In this document: positions 28,352 through 38,003 of the stretch, in pieces | Layout of the letters: every line of letters starts with the position of its first letter | Position numbering within the stretch: position 1 is the stretch's first letter | Origin: Enterobacteria phage KhF1 | Length of the DNA stretch: 64,000 bases | Sequence record: KT184313.1 | Direction: 5' to 3' (one strand) | The notes under the pieces: model-generated | What the model was told of the DNA's origin: nothing | Databases searched by the model: none | What the model saw: the letters and a program-made list of their open reading frames with translations, nothing else | Position numbers and translations under genes: made by a program

Positions 28352-29152
28352 TTAGTGCAGTTGCTCAGCAGACTCTTTTTCAGCCATAGCTGAGATTTGC
28401 TTCACAAAATCATCACCGAAGTTAATGCGTAGTTTCTCTTCAATGATTGAAGCACCAATATTCACCAAAACATCATTGATTGCTTGCATACTAACGCCAC
28501 CAGTCATTTCCTCAATGAACTCAATACTCACACCCATCATCTGTGACAGTTGGATTAGTGCAACGATATTCATCATCGTAGAGATAGCTGGAATCATCAG
28601 TGCAACTTTCACCTGAAGTGGTTCAATGTCAGCTACAGAGTCATTTTCAACAGCTTCTTCCAAAGACTCTTTAGTTTGCTGGATAATCTCTTTGATTCGT
28701 GGGTTTAATTCTTCTACGCCCCAATCAAGTTTTTCATATCGTGAAAGTTTCTCTTCCATACGCTTCTCAAGAACAGCCATAACAGCACTCGTTGATGAGA
28801 TAAGCGTATCAATAATGAAATCAGTGTCCTTAGTCAGCAACAGTTCCTTATCTTCGTCTGACATCCTGATATAGTCATTCTTTTGCATTTCATAAAAAAT
28901 GAACTCAGCAAGTGCATCAACACCAACCGCAATAGATGCCAGAGCAAGTGTAGTGTCTGTTAACATCATGTTGACCTGTTCTGCAAAAGCACCGTTATCA
29001 GACTTGTCTTCAGGCAAGTTATAGCTTGCAGGCATAAACTGTTCTGTGTAGTTGTTACCACGAAGAATCATAGCCATGCTTTCTACGGCATTGATTAAAA
29101 ATGCTTCGTCAATACCTTTTTCTTCAAGCATCTTTTCTACATCGGTATTCAT
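28352..29152 (-). CDS. Hypothetical acidic protein (266 aa), early region
   Basis: ORF near the divergent promoter region. Confidence 0.45.
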   Translation of the reverse strand: MNTDVEKMLEEKGIDEAFLINAVESMAMILRGNNYTEQFMPASYNLPEDKSDNGAFAEQVNMMLTDTTLALASIAVGVDALAEFIFYEMQKNDYIRMSDEDKELLLTKDTDFIIDTLISSTSAVMAVLEKRMEEKLSRYEKLDWGVEELNPRIKEIIQQTKESLEEAVENDSVADIEPLQVKVALMIPAISTMMNIVALIQLSQMMGVSIEFIEEMTGGVSMQAINDVLVNIGASIIEEKLRINFGDDFVKQISAMAEKESAEQLH

Positions 29153-29153
29153 A

Positions 29154-29576
29154 TTATTTCTCTCTCAGTTGGTTAAGTTTCTTTCTAGAACATTTTAAGT
29201 TTTCGGATGAAGAAAAGTCAAGTGTCTTTTCAGAACGTGGATAATAGTGTCTATCCCAAGAAGTTTCAACATCGTTAATCAGTGACGCTAGATTACACAG
29301 GTCTGTACCACTTTGCAATCTCTTTTTAAGAGAATCTAGTAAAGCAACTGTGTCTTTAGCTTTACGTCTCGCTGTAGCAACATCTTTCATATGCTCAAAT
29401 ACAGAGCATTTTAAGTCATCTTCATAGTTTTCAGACAACTCTATTTCATGTTGTATATCAACCATTCTCCTGTGATGGTGAGCATATTCCCGTTGAGCAG
29501 CAATGTCAAGTTCTTCCAACTTCTGCAAAGCTCTAACAAAGTCAGCTATGTCTGGGTGAACAAACATTTTCTGCAT
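29154..29576 (-). CDS. Hypothetical protein (140 aa), first gene of leftward block
   Basis: ORF immediately left of divergent intergenic region. Confidence 0.45.
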   Translation of the reverse strand: MQKMFVHPDIADFVRALQKLEELDIAAQREYAHHHRRMVDIQHEIELSENYEDDLKCSVFEHMKDVATARRKAKDTVALLDSLKKRLQSGTDLCNLASLINDVETSWDRHYYPRSEKTLDFSSSENLKCSRKKLNQLREK

Positions 29577-29833
29577 GTAAGCCTCTTTTAAGTAACTATT
29601 AAGTTTTAATCTTTTATCTTAACGTATTCTATACGTTATACTTTAAAGCTTTTTAAAAGCTATTAAATAATCTTTTAAGAATTTTAAAGTATCTGTATAG
29701 TTAAACTGTTAAGTAACCTTTTAAGTAAAAACCCACTTCGCAAAGATTAACACCTTGTCAAGTGCATTGTCAACTTGCTTTTTATAATTTTTTGCAGTAA
29801 TGTATGAGGTTAATGATTTTAGAGGGAGTAAAA
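29577..29833. promoter_or_regulatory. AT-rich divergent intergenic region with promoter-like hexamers and repeated CTTTTAAG / TTAAGTAAC motifs
   Basis: Separates leftward and rightward blocks; TATAAT at 29783-29788; TTGACA on minus strand at 29756-29761 and 29768-29773; GAGGGAG RBS before pol start. Confidence 0.4.
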
Positions 29834-32533
29834 ATGGAAAACGTAGATTTTAAAAACTTACATTTAGTTGGTGATACAGAAACTGATGGTTTACTCCTTG
29901 AGTTCACTAAAGTGCACGTAATGGCCTTTGCAGACTATAAATCTGACGATGAAGAGCCACCTGTATGGGTCTTTACAGATGAACCTATTCTCGGTCACAA
30001 GTACACCAAGTACATCAAGGGTGGCTTACGTGAAGGTATTGAGTTTGCGTTAAAGGCAAAACGTCTTTGCATCCATAATGGTCTCGGTTATGACTGGTGG
30101 GTTTTCAATCACATTGCACCTGATTTATGGAACTTTGATAATCCAAAGTGTAAACCGTGGAGTAATTTCTTTCAGGATTCTCTTATCCAGTCTCGTGTTC
30201 AGTGGATGGATAGACCAACTCCAAAGGGTTATAAAGGTGCTCATGGTTTGGCTGCATGGGGTGCTCGTGTTGGTGTTCGTAAACCAGAGATTGAACACTG
30301 GGGTGTGTGGAATGCAGAAATCTTCACTCGTGTTGTAGAAGATATCCGTATTAACGCCAAAACTAAACGGGCACTTGATAACGAGTATCTCAAGCTTAAG
30401 AAGTGTGGCATAGACACTTATGAAACTTACATGAGAGCTAAAGAGACATCTTTCTGGATGAGCCAACAAGCTATCAATGGTTGGAAAGCTGATAAAGAGC
30501 TTATGGAGTTTCATGTAAAGGAACTTGACAAGTTGACTAATGAGCTTGCTTCAGAGGTTGAACCACATCTACCTCCAACTATTAAGACCAAAGGTAAAGT
30601 CACTGGAGAAGAGTTTGCAAAAGCTTGGAATGAGTATGTTGAAGCATTTGGTCATGCAGATGGACTGAAAAGAATTACCAAGTACCCTAAGACGAAGTAT
30701 CGTCAGCAGGTTCGTAATGGTGAGATGCAGACTTACGCTATCAAACCTTTTGGTAAACCAACTACCAAGATTTTCAACATTGAGAAGCGGAACTGCTACA
30801 CTCCAACTAACACAGTTACTGGAGAAGAGTACAAAGAAGGCTTTGTAGCAATGAAGGATGCTCGTGCAATTTGCAATGAGTTGAATGCAAAGATTGGTAA
30901 GAAATGCAAAGACTGGAAGCCAGTAAAAACAGTCAAAACTGTGAAGTACTATAACAGCCACGTTGTTAACCACTTTGAACTTGAGTCAAGTCGCTACACA
31001 GGATTGATTGATGCACCATATACACCAATTGAGTTTGAAGTTTCTCGTATGACTCAGGTAGCAGTTGTAAAAGACTACTTGAAATCAGTTGGTTGGATTC
31101 CAGATGACTGGAACTACAAGAAAGACTCAGACGGTCGCCCTGTCAAAGTTTGTCGTTTCAAAGACAATAAAAAGATGATTACAAAACATCCTAAGTGGCA
31201 GGAGATGGTAGAACGGTGTGGATTGAGTTATGTCGAGCATGAAGGCGTCCAGTACATCGAGCATAACTGGTCTGTGAAGAAGTACACAGATTTGCTTGAA
31301 CCTTGCTTAATCCGTACTTCACCAAAACTTACGGAATCATCTTATGATACGATTGAAGGTGAGCTTGGACAGAAGATTGCTAAGTACTATACTTTGATGC
31401 ACAGACGCAGAACTATTGAGAACTCAAAGGATGATGAAAAAGGTTGGTTGAACCAGATTCGTCCTGATGGTCGCCTTAGTGCTGGCGCAATGGTGTTTGG
31501 TACTTCAACTGGACGTATGACACAATATGGTATTGTAAACGTACCGTCTGGTGCTGCTGTCTATGGGGAACCAATGAGGGCAGTGTGGATTTGTGAGGAA
31601 GGTACTAACGTTGTCTCTGTAGATATGAACTCAGCCCAGCTAGTTCTTCTTTGTAACTTTATGGGTGATAAAGAGTTCACCAAAGCGGTAACGCAAGGTA
31701 AAGAAGAGATTGAGTTTATTCGTCAAGAAGATGGACGCTATTACTGCAAACATTTTGATGAGTACCTCAACCCAGAGATTGATAAGTACCTTCGCTATGA
31801 CTCTGAGAATGACCTGTACGTTGTCTATTCAGGGACTGATGCACATACACTGAACAGTATTTACTTTAGCTTGAATGATGAGCAGGACATCTTGACTTGT
31901 CGAGCTACTCAGGATGAGAATCTTCTTCATGAGATTAGTAAAGGTCGTAAGAAAGCTAAGAATGGTATCTATGCACTGCTGTTCGGTGCAGGGGATGAGA
32001 AGTTTGCTAAGACGATTAAAGCTGCAACTACTCAGGAAGGTGCACTGACTAAACAAACTTACTTTATTCGTTTGCCTAAAATTAAGAAGCTACTAGATGA
32101 CTTGGAAGCTGACTACAAAGCAACTAAAAAGGCACTTGAAGAGGTGTTTGGTAAGACTGCTGCAATCTCTAAAGGGGGTTTTGTAAAGGTTGCTGGAGCT
32201 TGGTTGTGGTGTAAATCTCCACACAAACTGTTGAACTACCTTTTGATGGGTTCAGAGGCCCAGATTCAAAATGAGGCAATTAACCTTGCTTGTCGTCGCA
32301 TGATTGACGAAGGGTTGATGAAGCTAAATGGGCGTAAACCAGCTATAGGTGCTCGCTTATTGTGCGCATATCACGATGAGACTAGCTGGGAATGTCCAGA
32401 GAGTATGACGGCAGAAGTAAAAGCAGTTACTGATTGGTATTACGGGCAAGCTTCTAAGAACTTAGGTCTTAAGAAAGAAACACTTGTAACTGGTACAGGT
32501 AAGGTTGGAAAGAGTTGGCTTGAGGTTCACTGA
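29834..32533 (+). CDS. DNA polymerase, family A, with 3'-5' exonuclease domain
   Basis: Exo I VGDTETDGL; motif A VVSVDMNSAQL; motif B KAKNGIYALLFGAG; motif C AYHDETSWE; start at ATG 29834 after GAGGGAG. Confidence 0.9.
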   Translation: MENVDFKNLHLVGDTETDGLLLEFTKVHVMAFADYKSDDEEPPVWVFTDEPILGHKYTKYIKGGLREGIEFALKAKRLCIHNGLGYDWWVFNHIAPDLWNFDNPKCKPWSNFFQDSLIQSRVQWMDRPTPKGYKGAHGLAAWGARVGVRKPEIEHWGVWNAEIFTRVVEDIRINAKTKRALDNEYLKLKKCGIDTYETYMRAKETSFWMSQQAINGWKADKELMEFHVKELDKLTNELASEVEPHLPPTIKTKGKVTGEEFAKAWNEYVEAFGHADGLKRITKYPKTKYRQQVRNGEMQTYAIKPFGKPTTKIFNIEKRNCYTPTNTVTGEEYKEGFVAMKDARAICNELNAKIGKKCKDWKPVKTVKTVKYYNSHVVNHFELESSRYTGLIDAPYTPIEFEVSRMTQVAVVKDYLKSVGWIPDDWNYKKDSDGRPVKVCRFKDNKKMITKHPKWQEMVERCGLSYVEHEGVQYIEHNWSVKKYTDLLEPCLIRTSPKLTESSYDTIEGELGQKIAKYYTLMHRRRTIENSKDDEKGWLNQIRPDGRLSAGAMVFGTSTGRMTQYGIVNVPSGAAVYGEPMRAVWICEEGTNVVSVDMNSAQLVLLCNFMGDKEFTKAVTQGKEEIEFIRQEDGRYYCKHFDEYLNPEIDKYLRYDSENDLYVVYSGTDAHTLNSIYFSLNDEQDILTCRATQDENLLHEISKGRKKAKNGIYALLFGAGDEKFAKTIKAATTQEGALTKQTYFIRLPKIKKLLDDLEADYKATKKALEEVFGKTAAISKGGFVKVAGAWLWCKSPHKLLNYLLMGSEAQIQNEAINLACRRMIDEGLMKLNGRKPAIGARLLCAYHDETSWECPESMTAEVKAVTDWYYGQASKNLGLKKETLVTGTGKVGKSWLEVH

Positions 32534-32594
32534 TTAGTATTGACAAGGTTCTCATGGAAGAGTACCTTATACTGTATCTTATATAGGAGGGCTT

Positions 32595-32804
32595 ATGAGC
32601 CACCGTGGAAGAACTCATGCAGCAATGATGAAAGGTGCTTCAAAGGAGACTATCAAGAATCGTAAGCAAAAGTTGTTTGAGAGAATGAACAGACTCATTG
32701 ATAACACTCCCCTGTCTGGTGGTGAGAAAGTTTTCCTTAAAAGTAACCTTAAAAGCATTGCACAAGAACTTATAGACATTGAATATTGGAGATATCAAAA
32801 ATGA
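32595..32804 (+). CDS. Hypothetical protein (69 aa)
   Basis: ORF downstream of polymerase. Confidence 0.35.
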   Translation: MSHRGRTHAAMMKGASKETIKNRKQKLFERMNRLIDNTPLSGGEKVFLKSNLKSIAQELIDIEYWRYQK

Positions 32805-33019
32805 CACTTGCAGACGTTATTCAGCAACTTCATGATAACTGCTATACTCCAGAGCTGATTCAGGAGATGTGCATTGTAGTCATGCCTAGTAGGTTCGTAA
32901 AAACCTTTAACAGTGACACTTTAAGGTCTGCACACATTCTTATTGTTGAAGGTAAGATTGCAAAAGACCGTACTGGAGTACTCAAAGGTGAACGTATTGA
33001 TATTCTGGAGTTGCTATGA
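32801..33019 (+). CDS. Hypothetical protein (72 aa)
   Basis: ATGA overlap with previous gene; GGAG RBS. Confidence 0.35.
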   Translation: MTLADVIQQLHDNCYTPELIQEMCIVVMPSRFVKTFNSDTLRSAHILIVEGKIAKDRTGVLKGERIDILELL

Positions 33020-33162
33020 AGAAAATGTACAGTCTCTGGGGGAGGGTTGGTAAAGGTTTTGACTGGACACTTCTTCGTTCAAACGTTAAACGTAGTGAAT
33101 TACCAGAACTCATCACTCACTATTTAAAAACATACAGAGAGGTAGATTATCGTGAACAATAA
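33016..33162 (+). CDS. Small hypothetical protein (48 aa), tentative
   Basis: Manually translated MKKMYSLWGRVGKGFDWTLLRSNVKRSELPELITHYLKTYREVDYREQ; ATGA overlap. Confidence 0.25.
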   Translation: MKKMYSLWGRVGKGFDWTLLRSNVKRSELPELITHYLKTYREVDYREQ

Positions 33163-33412
33163 GGTTAAGAGTTGTGTGAAAGCAATGGTTGCACTTGGAG
33201 TAATTTTTCTGGCTGGCTGTAACCCATCTTATGAAAACAAAGATGCCTCTTACAGCCTCCCTCCAGAGATGCAAGACTGCAAAATCTACAAACTCAATGG
33301 GGATGCTATAAGCAGGGATATTGTTGTTGTCAGATGCCCAAACTCTCAAACAACAACATCTTATAGATATGGCAAAAATGGTCAATCACACACTACTGTT
33401 ATTGATGGATGA
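33152..33412 (+). CDS. Small lipoprotein (GTG start)
   Basis: Signal peptide with lipobox LAGC (VALGVIFLAGCNPS); 86 aa. Confidence 0.45.
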   Translation: MNNKVKSCVKAMVALGVIFLAGCNPSYENKDASYSLPPEMQDCKIYKLNGDAISRDIVVVRCPNSQTTTSYRYGKNGQSHTTVIDG

Positions 33413-33626
33413 GACTAATATGCAAGTTTTAGTACACTATATCTACTGCTACGATGTTGTTTATTCCACTGCAACCGTGGCCCAACGTAACCCAATCGTA
33501 CCGCGAGAAGGTGAATTGGTTCGCATTGAGGGTTGGACTTACACTGTGGAAAACATCATTCATAAGTTTGATGTTGCTGGTGATGTTCAAGTTATTGACG
33601 TAGAGATTGTTGGTAAGAGAAAATGA
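33405..33626 (+). CDS. Hypothetical protein (about 73 aa)
   Basis: ORF 33321-33626, start assumed at internal ATG overlapping lipoprotein stop. Confidence 0.3.
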   Translation: MDETNMQVLVHYIYCYDVVYSTATVAQRNPIVPREGELVRIEGWTYTVENIIHKFDVAGDVQVIDVEIVGKRK

Positions 33627-33814
33627 ACAAAGAAGATAAGCATAAAAATGCTGTACGGACTCCTGATGGAAAGGTTCAATCCTTCATCCTGACAGTTGGT
33701 GGAAAGCCGTTTCGTTGCCACTGCGGAGCAAACTGTTTTCATAAACCAGATAAAAATGACTTAGAGCTTTACGCATGTAATGCTTGCAATACTTGGTATC
33801 ACTCAGAGGATTGA
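33623..33814 (+). CDS. Small Cys/His-rich putative zinc-finger protein
   Basis: CHCGANCFH...CNACNTWYH; 63 aa. Confidence 0.4.
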   Translation: MNKEDKHKNAVRTPDGKVQSFILTVGGKPFRCHCGANCFHKPDKNDLELYACNACNTWYHSED

Positions 33815-33816
33815 TT

Positions 33817-34341
33817 ATGATTGACAATAGGCGCAGAAATATAATCATCAAAAACTTCCGCGAAGTGTCTCAAAATTTAAGGCTAGATGATGTCAGACTT
33901 AGGAAATCTTGGTATGACATGAAGGTATTAGAATATTCTAAAAATCAGCCAATTAAGTTATCTATCTTAGAACATTGGTATACAAACTTTGCAACACCTG
34001 AAAATCATAATAAATTATACAAAAACTATGTAGATGTTTGTAAAAAGCTTGGTGTAGCAATAGTCGACGACAGTATTGGATTGCTTTATGACCTGTACAC
34101 AAGGTTCTCTGAATATGCTTTTAATGTTCAGTTCAAGAACTACTTAAAGTATGATGATGGTTCATTAAAGTTGTACAACTATGGTTATGGAAAACTAGCC
34201 TGCAAACAAGATGATGGTTCTTTTATAGACTTCTACACAGGGGTTTTTGTGTACTTACCTGAACAGTGTATGTCACTATCTGATTTAGCAGTCTCACAAT
34301 TTGGTATCTTTATTCCAGTAAAATCACACATGCTAAGGTAA
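33817..34341 (+). CDS. Hypothetical protein (about 174 aa)
   Basis: ORF 33784-34341, start assumed at internal ATG (MIDNRRRN). Confidence 0.4.
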   Translation: MIDNRRRNIIIKNFREVSQNLRLDDVRLRKSWYDMKVLEYSKNQPIKLSILEHWYTNFATPENHNKLYKNYVDVCKKLGVAIVDDSIGLLYDLYTRFSEYAFNVQFKNYLKYDDGSLKLYNYGYGKLACKQDDGSFIDFYTGVFVYLPEQCMSLSDLAVSQFGIFIPVKSHMLR

Positions 34342-34346
34342 TTTGA

Positions 34347-35447
34347 ATGACAATTCTATACAAACAAAATAAAGATGGCTCTTTTAACGTCTGGTCATGT
34401 GTCGCTGTAGGTGACAAAGTTGTTACCACGTATGGCAAAGAAAATGGCAAGATGATGTTTGAAGAGTATACAGCAGAACCTAAAAACATCGGTAAAAAGA
34501 ATGAGCGTAACGCTGAACAGCAAGCTCTCTTTGAAGTTGCTGCTAAGTATAAAAAGCAGGTTGACCGCAAAGGCTATGCTTACACAAAAGAGTCTGCACA
34601 GAATACTGAGAAGGTAGGTGTGCAGCTTGCTCATGATGCTGCAAAGGTTAGTCATGCAAAGTATCTGAAGTTCCCTGCTGATGCTCAACCAAAACTTGAT
34701 GGTGTCCGTTGTAGAATTTCAAGAGATGCTGATTCAGTCAGTTTCACAGCTTATTCTCGTGAGAATACTGTTTACAACGTTCCAATAGAACTAATCCCAG
34801 ATTTGCTTTTGTTGCTTAAATTACATCCGCAAGTTGAAGACTTTGACGGAGAGATTTATGCTCATGGTTGGGACTTAGAAGATATTGTATCTATGATTAA
34901 GAATGCTGACAATCCAGACCGTCACCTTCTTAAATTCTACTGGTATGATATCTGTGACAATTCAAAATCTTGGCCTGAGCGTCGTGAAGTTATTGATAAC
35001 TCACCTATTGTTGAGCTTGGGGATACCTGTAGAGTTGTTCCTGTACAGACTATCCGTGTAAATTCTTGGGAAGAGTTTGATGAAGCTCATGATAAGTGGG
35101 TTGAAGCTAAGTTTGAAGGTGCAATGTACCGTTCAATCTCTGAAGAATCTTTCTATGAGTGTGGTCACCGTTCATACTTCTTGATTAAGCACAAGAAGAT
35201 GCACACTGAAGAGTTTAAAGTGACTGGTGTAAAGACTGATAAGCGTGGTCATGGTAAGTTCGTTGTAGAGACTCTTCCTAACGTCTTTGTAGATGTTTCA
35301 TGGAAAACTACACACGAGAAGAAACAGTATCTTGCTGAACATCCTGAAGAGTTTATCGGGAAACCTTTAACGGTTCAGTTCCAGAAGATGACTCGTAAGG
35401 GGTCTTTACAGTTCCCTGTTGGGCTAGTTATACGAGATTACGAATAA
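34347..35447 (+). CDS. ATP-dependent DNA ligase
   Basis: Motif I KLDGVRC (KxDGxR adenylation lysine); 366 aa. Confidence 0.85.
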   Translation: MTILYKQNKDGSFNVWSCVAVGDKVVTTYGKENGKMMFEEYTAEPKNIGKKNERNAEQQALFEVAAKYKKQVDRKGYAYTKESAQNTEKVGVQLAHDAAKVSHAKYLKFPADAQPKLDGVRCRISRDADSVSFTAYSRENTVYNVPIELIPDLLLLLKLHPQVEDFDGEIYAHGWDLEDIVSMIKNADNPDRHLLKFYWYDICDNSKSWPERREVIDNSPIVELGDTCRVVPVQTIRVNSWEEFDEAHDKWVEAKFEGAMYRSISEESFYECGHRSYFLIKHKKMHTEEFKVTGVKTDKRGHGKFVVETLPNVFVDVSWKTTHEKKQYLAEHPEEFIGKPLTVQFQKMTRKGSLQFPVGLVIRDYE

Positions 35448-35454
35448 AAAGTTG

Positions 35455-35482
35455 TTGACATAAAAAATTTGGTGAGTATACT
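35455..35482 (+). promoter_or_regulatory. Sigma70-like promoter (TTGACA-16-TATACT)
   Basis: -35 TTGACA at 35455-35460, -10 TATACT at 35477-35482; followed by inverted repeats (GGTGAGTA/TACTCACC; CATCACTTAA/TTAAGTGATG). Confidence 0.45.
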
Positions 35483-35516
35483 GAGCAGCATAAACCAACG
35501 GGTACTCACCAGCATC

Positions 35517-35646
35517 ACTTAAGAGTCTTTTAAAAGGGTTTTTAAGTGATGTTTGGTAAAGTATGGTTCTGTCCGGTAATGCGATGTATGCTATGGTTTG
35601 GTGTGGGTAGTTAGTCTCAGCTACATTAAAATGAGACTTACCTTTT
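35517..35646 (+). repeat. GT-rich repeat element, copy 1 (ends in hairpin AGTCTCA/TGAGACT + T-run); approximate boundaries
   Basis: Shares TCTTTTAAAAGG, TGTCCGGT core and terminal hairpin architecture with copies 2 and 3. Confidence 0.5.
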
Positions 35647-35790
35647 TAAAAGGTCTTTAAACAGGGTCTTTTAATAAGGTCTGGTCGTGTCCGGTTCGGT
35701 AGTGTTGGGCTTGGCTTGGTCTGGTCTGGTAAGGGTGGATGGTAGTAGCCACGTTAAAAATCTACCAAGTTTCTAAAGAGTCTTCTGTTG
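35647..35790 (+). repeat. GT-rich repeat element, copy 2 (ends in hairpin TGGTAG-N-CTACCA); approximate boundaries
   Basis: Near-identical 5' part to copy 3 (CTTTTTAAAAGGTCTTTAA..AGGGTCTTTTAAT.AGGT); GGT-rich centre. Confidence 0.55.
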
Positions 35791-35824
35791 AGGGTTCTTT
35801 ACAAACAACTTAACAATCAACTAA

Positions 35825-36430
<606 letters not shown>

Positions 36431-36432
36431 TT

Positions 36433-36873
36433 ATGAATACGAAAGCATTAGCAGCAAAGTTTAGTTACGGTGACACTGTATCACATTCTGAGATGGACAC
36501 CTTCTTAGGTATTGTGAAACCAACTTATCAAGGTGACATTGTTAAGTACGAAGATGAAATGAAGGCTTATGCGCTTACACGTCTAAACCGACTTGAGAAG
36601 TTTATTGAGAAGCTTCTTAAAGAAGAGAAGATTTATCTGGTTGCTTCAATGGGTGTTGGTTATCGTGTGGTTGAACCTAAGCATCAAGCAACTATTGCAA
36701 AACGTAAAATGTCTGGTAAGATTGGTCGTGCTTTAAAGCAAGCCACTCAAGCAATTGAGAATGTGAACACTATGGCACTTAGTCATCAAGAACGTTCACG
36801 GTTGATTGAACAGCAAAACCATTTAGCTGCTATGAAAGCTAACATTAACAAGCAACGCAGAAAACCTTTCTAA
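36433..36873 (+). CDS. Hypothetical protein (146 aa), basic C-terminus
   Basis: ORF 2 nt after upstream gene; followed by strong terminator. Confidence 0.45.
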   Translation: MNTKALAAKFSYGDTVSHSEMDTFLGIVKPTYQGDIVKYEDEMKAYALTRLNRLEKFIEKLLKEEKIYLVASMGVGYRVVEPKHQATIAKRKMSGKIGRALKQATQAIENVNTMALSHQERSRLIEQQNHLAAMKANINKQRRKPF

Positions 36874-36882
36874 GTTGACTAG

Positions 36883-36908
36883 GTAGCCTCTTCGGAGGCT
36901 CCTTTTTA
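36883..36908 (+). terminator. Intrinsic terminator (AGCCTC-TTCG-GAGGCT + CCTTTTT)
   Basis: GC stem 36885-36900 with UUCG tetraloop and T-run. Confidence 0.7.
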
Positions 36909-37030
36909 AAAGGTCTTTAAGAGGGTCTTTTAATGAGGTACGGCGCGGTTAGGTAAGGTCTGGTAGGGTAGGGTGAGGTTTGGTATGGAAGGATGGCAGT
37001 AGCCTTATAAAAAATCTGCCAAATAAGCTA
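36906..37030 (+). repeat. GT-rich repeat element, copy 3 (ends in hairpin TGGCAG-N-CTGCCA); approximate boundaries
   Basis: 5' part near-identical to copy 2; terminal hairpin carries compensatory T/A to C/G change relative to copy 2. Confidence 0.55.
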
Positions 37031-37067
37031 TAAAATCTGTTGACAAGTCAGGTGTTATAGCTTATTT
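37025..37067 (+). promoter_or_regulatory. Sigma70-like promoter (TTGACA-17-TATTTT) bracketed by 8-bp inverted repeat AGCTATAA/TTATAGCT
   Basis: -35 at 37039-37044; inverted repeat arms 37025-37032 and 37054-37061 (operator-like). Confidence 0.4.
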
Positions 37068-37112
37068 TTATACTCAATGTAATACAAAATTTAATATAAC
37101 TTTGAGGTCATT

Positions 37113-37496
37113 ATGAAAAAGATTTTATTAGCTGCTGCAATGGTTATGGTAATGAATTTACCAGTCAATGCAACAGAACTTCCAAATGTGGACTTATCAG
37201 GTGTTCCAGAAGACACTTGCCAGATTGTTAAAGGTGTTGCCCTATCTAAAGGTGAACTACTTAAACCAATCTCTGAAGAGTCTTTAACAGAGATGACTGA
37301 TAAGGTAACTGACTATCAGTATCGTGTTCTTGCAGAGTATTTCCTGCAATCTGCAAATATTAAAGAGAAGCACCCTGATGATATTGATGTACAGGCTATG
37401 CTCAATCATCGTATCCAGTTTAAAGAAGATTTGATGCAAAAAGCTATGTATGGTGTTGAGTATTTCTTAGAAAACAGAAGCTGCACAGGTATTTGA
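37113..37496 (+). CDS. Secreted/periplasmic small protein
   Basis: Sec signal peptide MKKILLAAAMVMVMNLPVNA; 127 aa. Confidence 0.45.
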   Translation: MKKILLAAAMVMVMNLPVNATELPNVDLSGVPEDTCQIVKGVALSKGELLKPISEESLTEMTDKVTDYQYRVLAEYFLQSANIKEKHPDDIDVQAMLNHRIQFKEDLMQKAMYGVEYFLENRSCTGI

Positions 37497-37497
37497 T

Positions 37498-37710
37498 ATG
37501 GCTCTTAAAAAGTTACATCCCAGAAGCGGTTATGGTAAGATAATTGACGATACAGACGGCTTTACAGTCTTTACAGTCATCTGTCAGGATGATTCACAGA
37601 TTGAAAAGGCTCTTGACGATTATCTTAATGATGAACGTGAAAAGGTCAGAGCTACAAACATAGACTCATTAATTGATACTTCACGTAAACGGAAGAAGAA
37701 AGATGAATGA
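37498..37710 (+). CDS. Hypothetical protein (70 aa)
   Basis: ORF 2 nt after upstream gene. Confidence 0.35.
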   Translation: MALKKLHPRSGYGKIIDDTDGFTVFTVICQDDSQIEKALDDYLNDEREKVRATNIDSLIDTSRKRKKKDE

Positions 37711-38002
37711 GGTTTTTGACCCTTATGCTCCACAAGATGATTGGGAGGCTGATAGAGAGGCTGAAATGGAGAGTTATATTTGTCCAATGGATGTAGACGA
37801 GATGAGGGATTTCGTTGCACATCGTTTTAAGAGAGAGATTAAATCCAGAGGTCTTTCTCAAGAGCAAGTTGCTAAAATTTGTGGTATCTCTCAAGCTCGT
37901 GTATCCAACATAATCCACCTCACTGGGAATGTCTCTCTTGAGTATATGTTGGGTGTCTGTGAAAAATTTGGTGTTAATTTTAATTTAAGGTTGGCAGATT
38001 AA
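37703..38002 (+). CDS. Helix-turn-helix (XRE-like) DNA-binding protein
   Basis: RGLSQEQVAKICGISQARVSNI matches HTH pattern; start at internal ATG 37703 overlapping upstream stop. Confidence 0.45.
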   Translation: MNEVFDPYAPQDDWEADREAEMESYICPMDVDEMRDFVAHRFKREIKSRGLSQEQVAKICGISQARVSNIIHLTGNVSLEYMLGVCEKFGVNFNLRLAD

Positions 38003-38003
38003 T

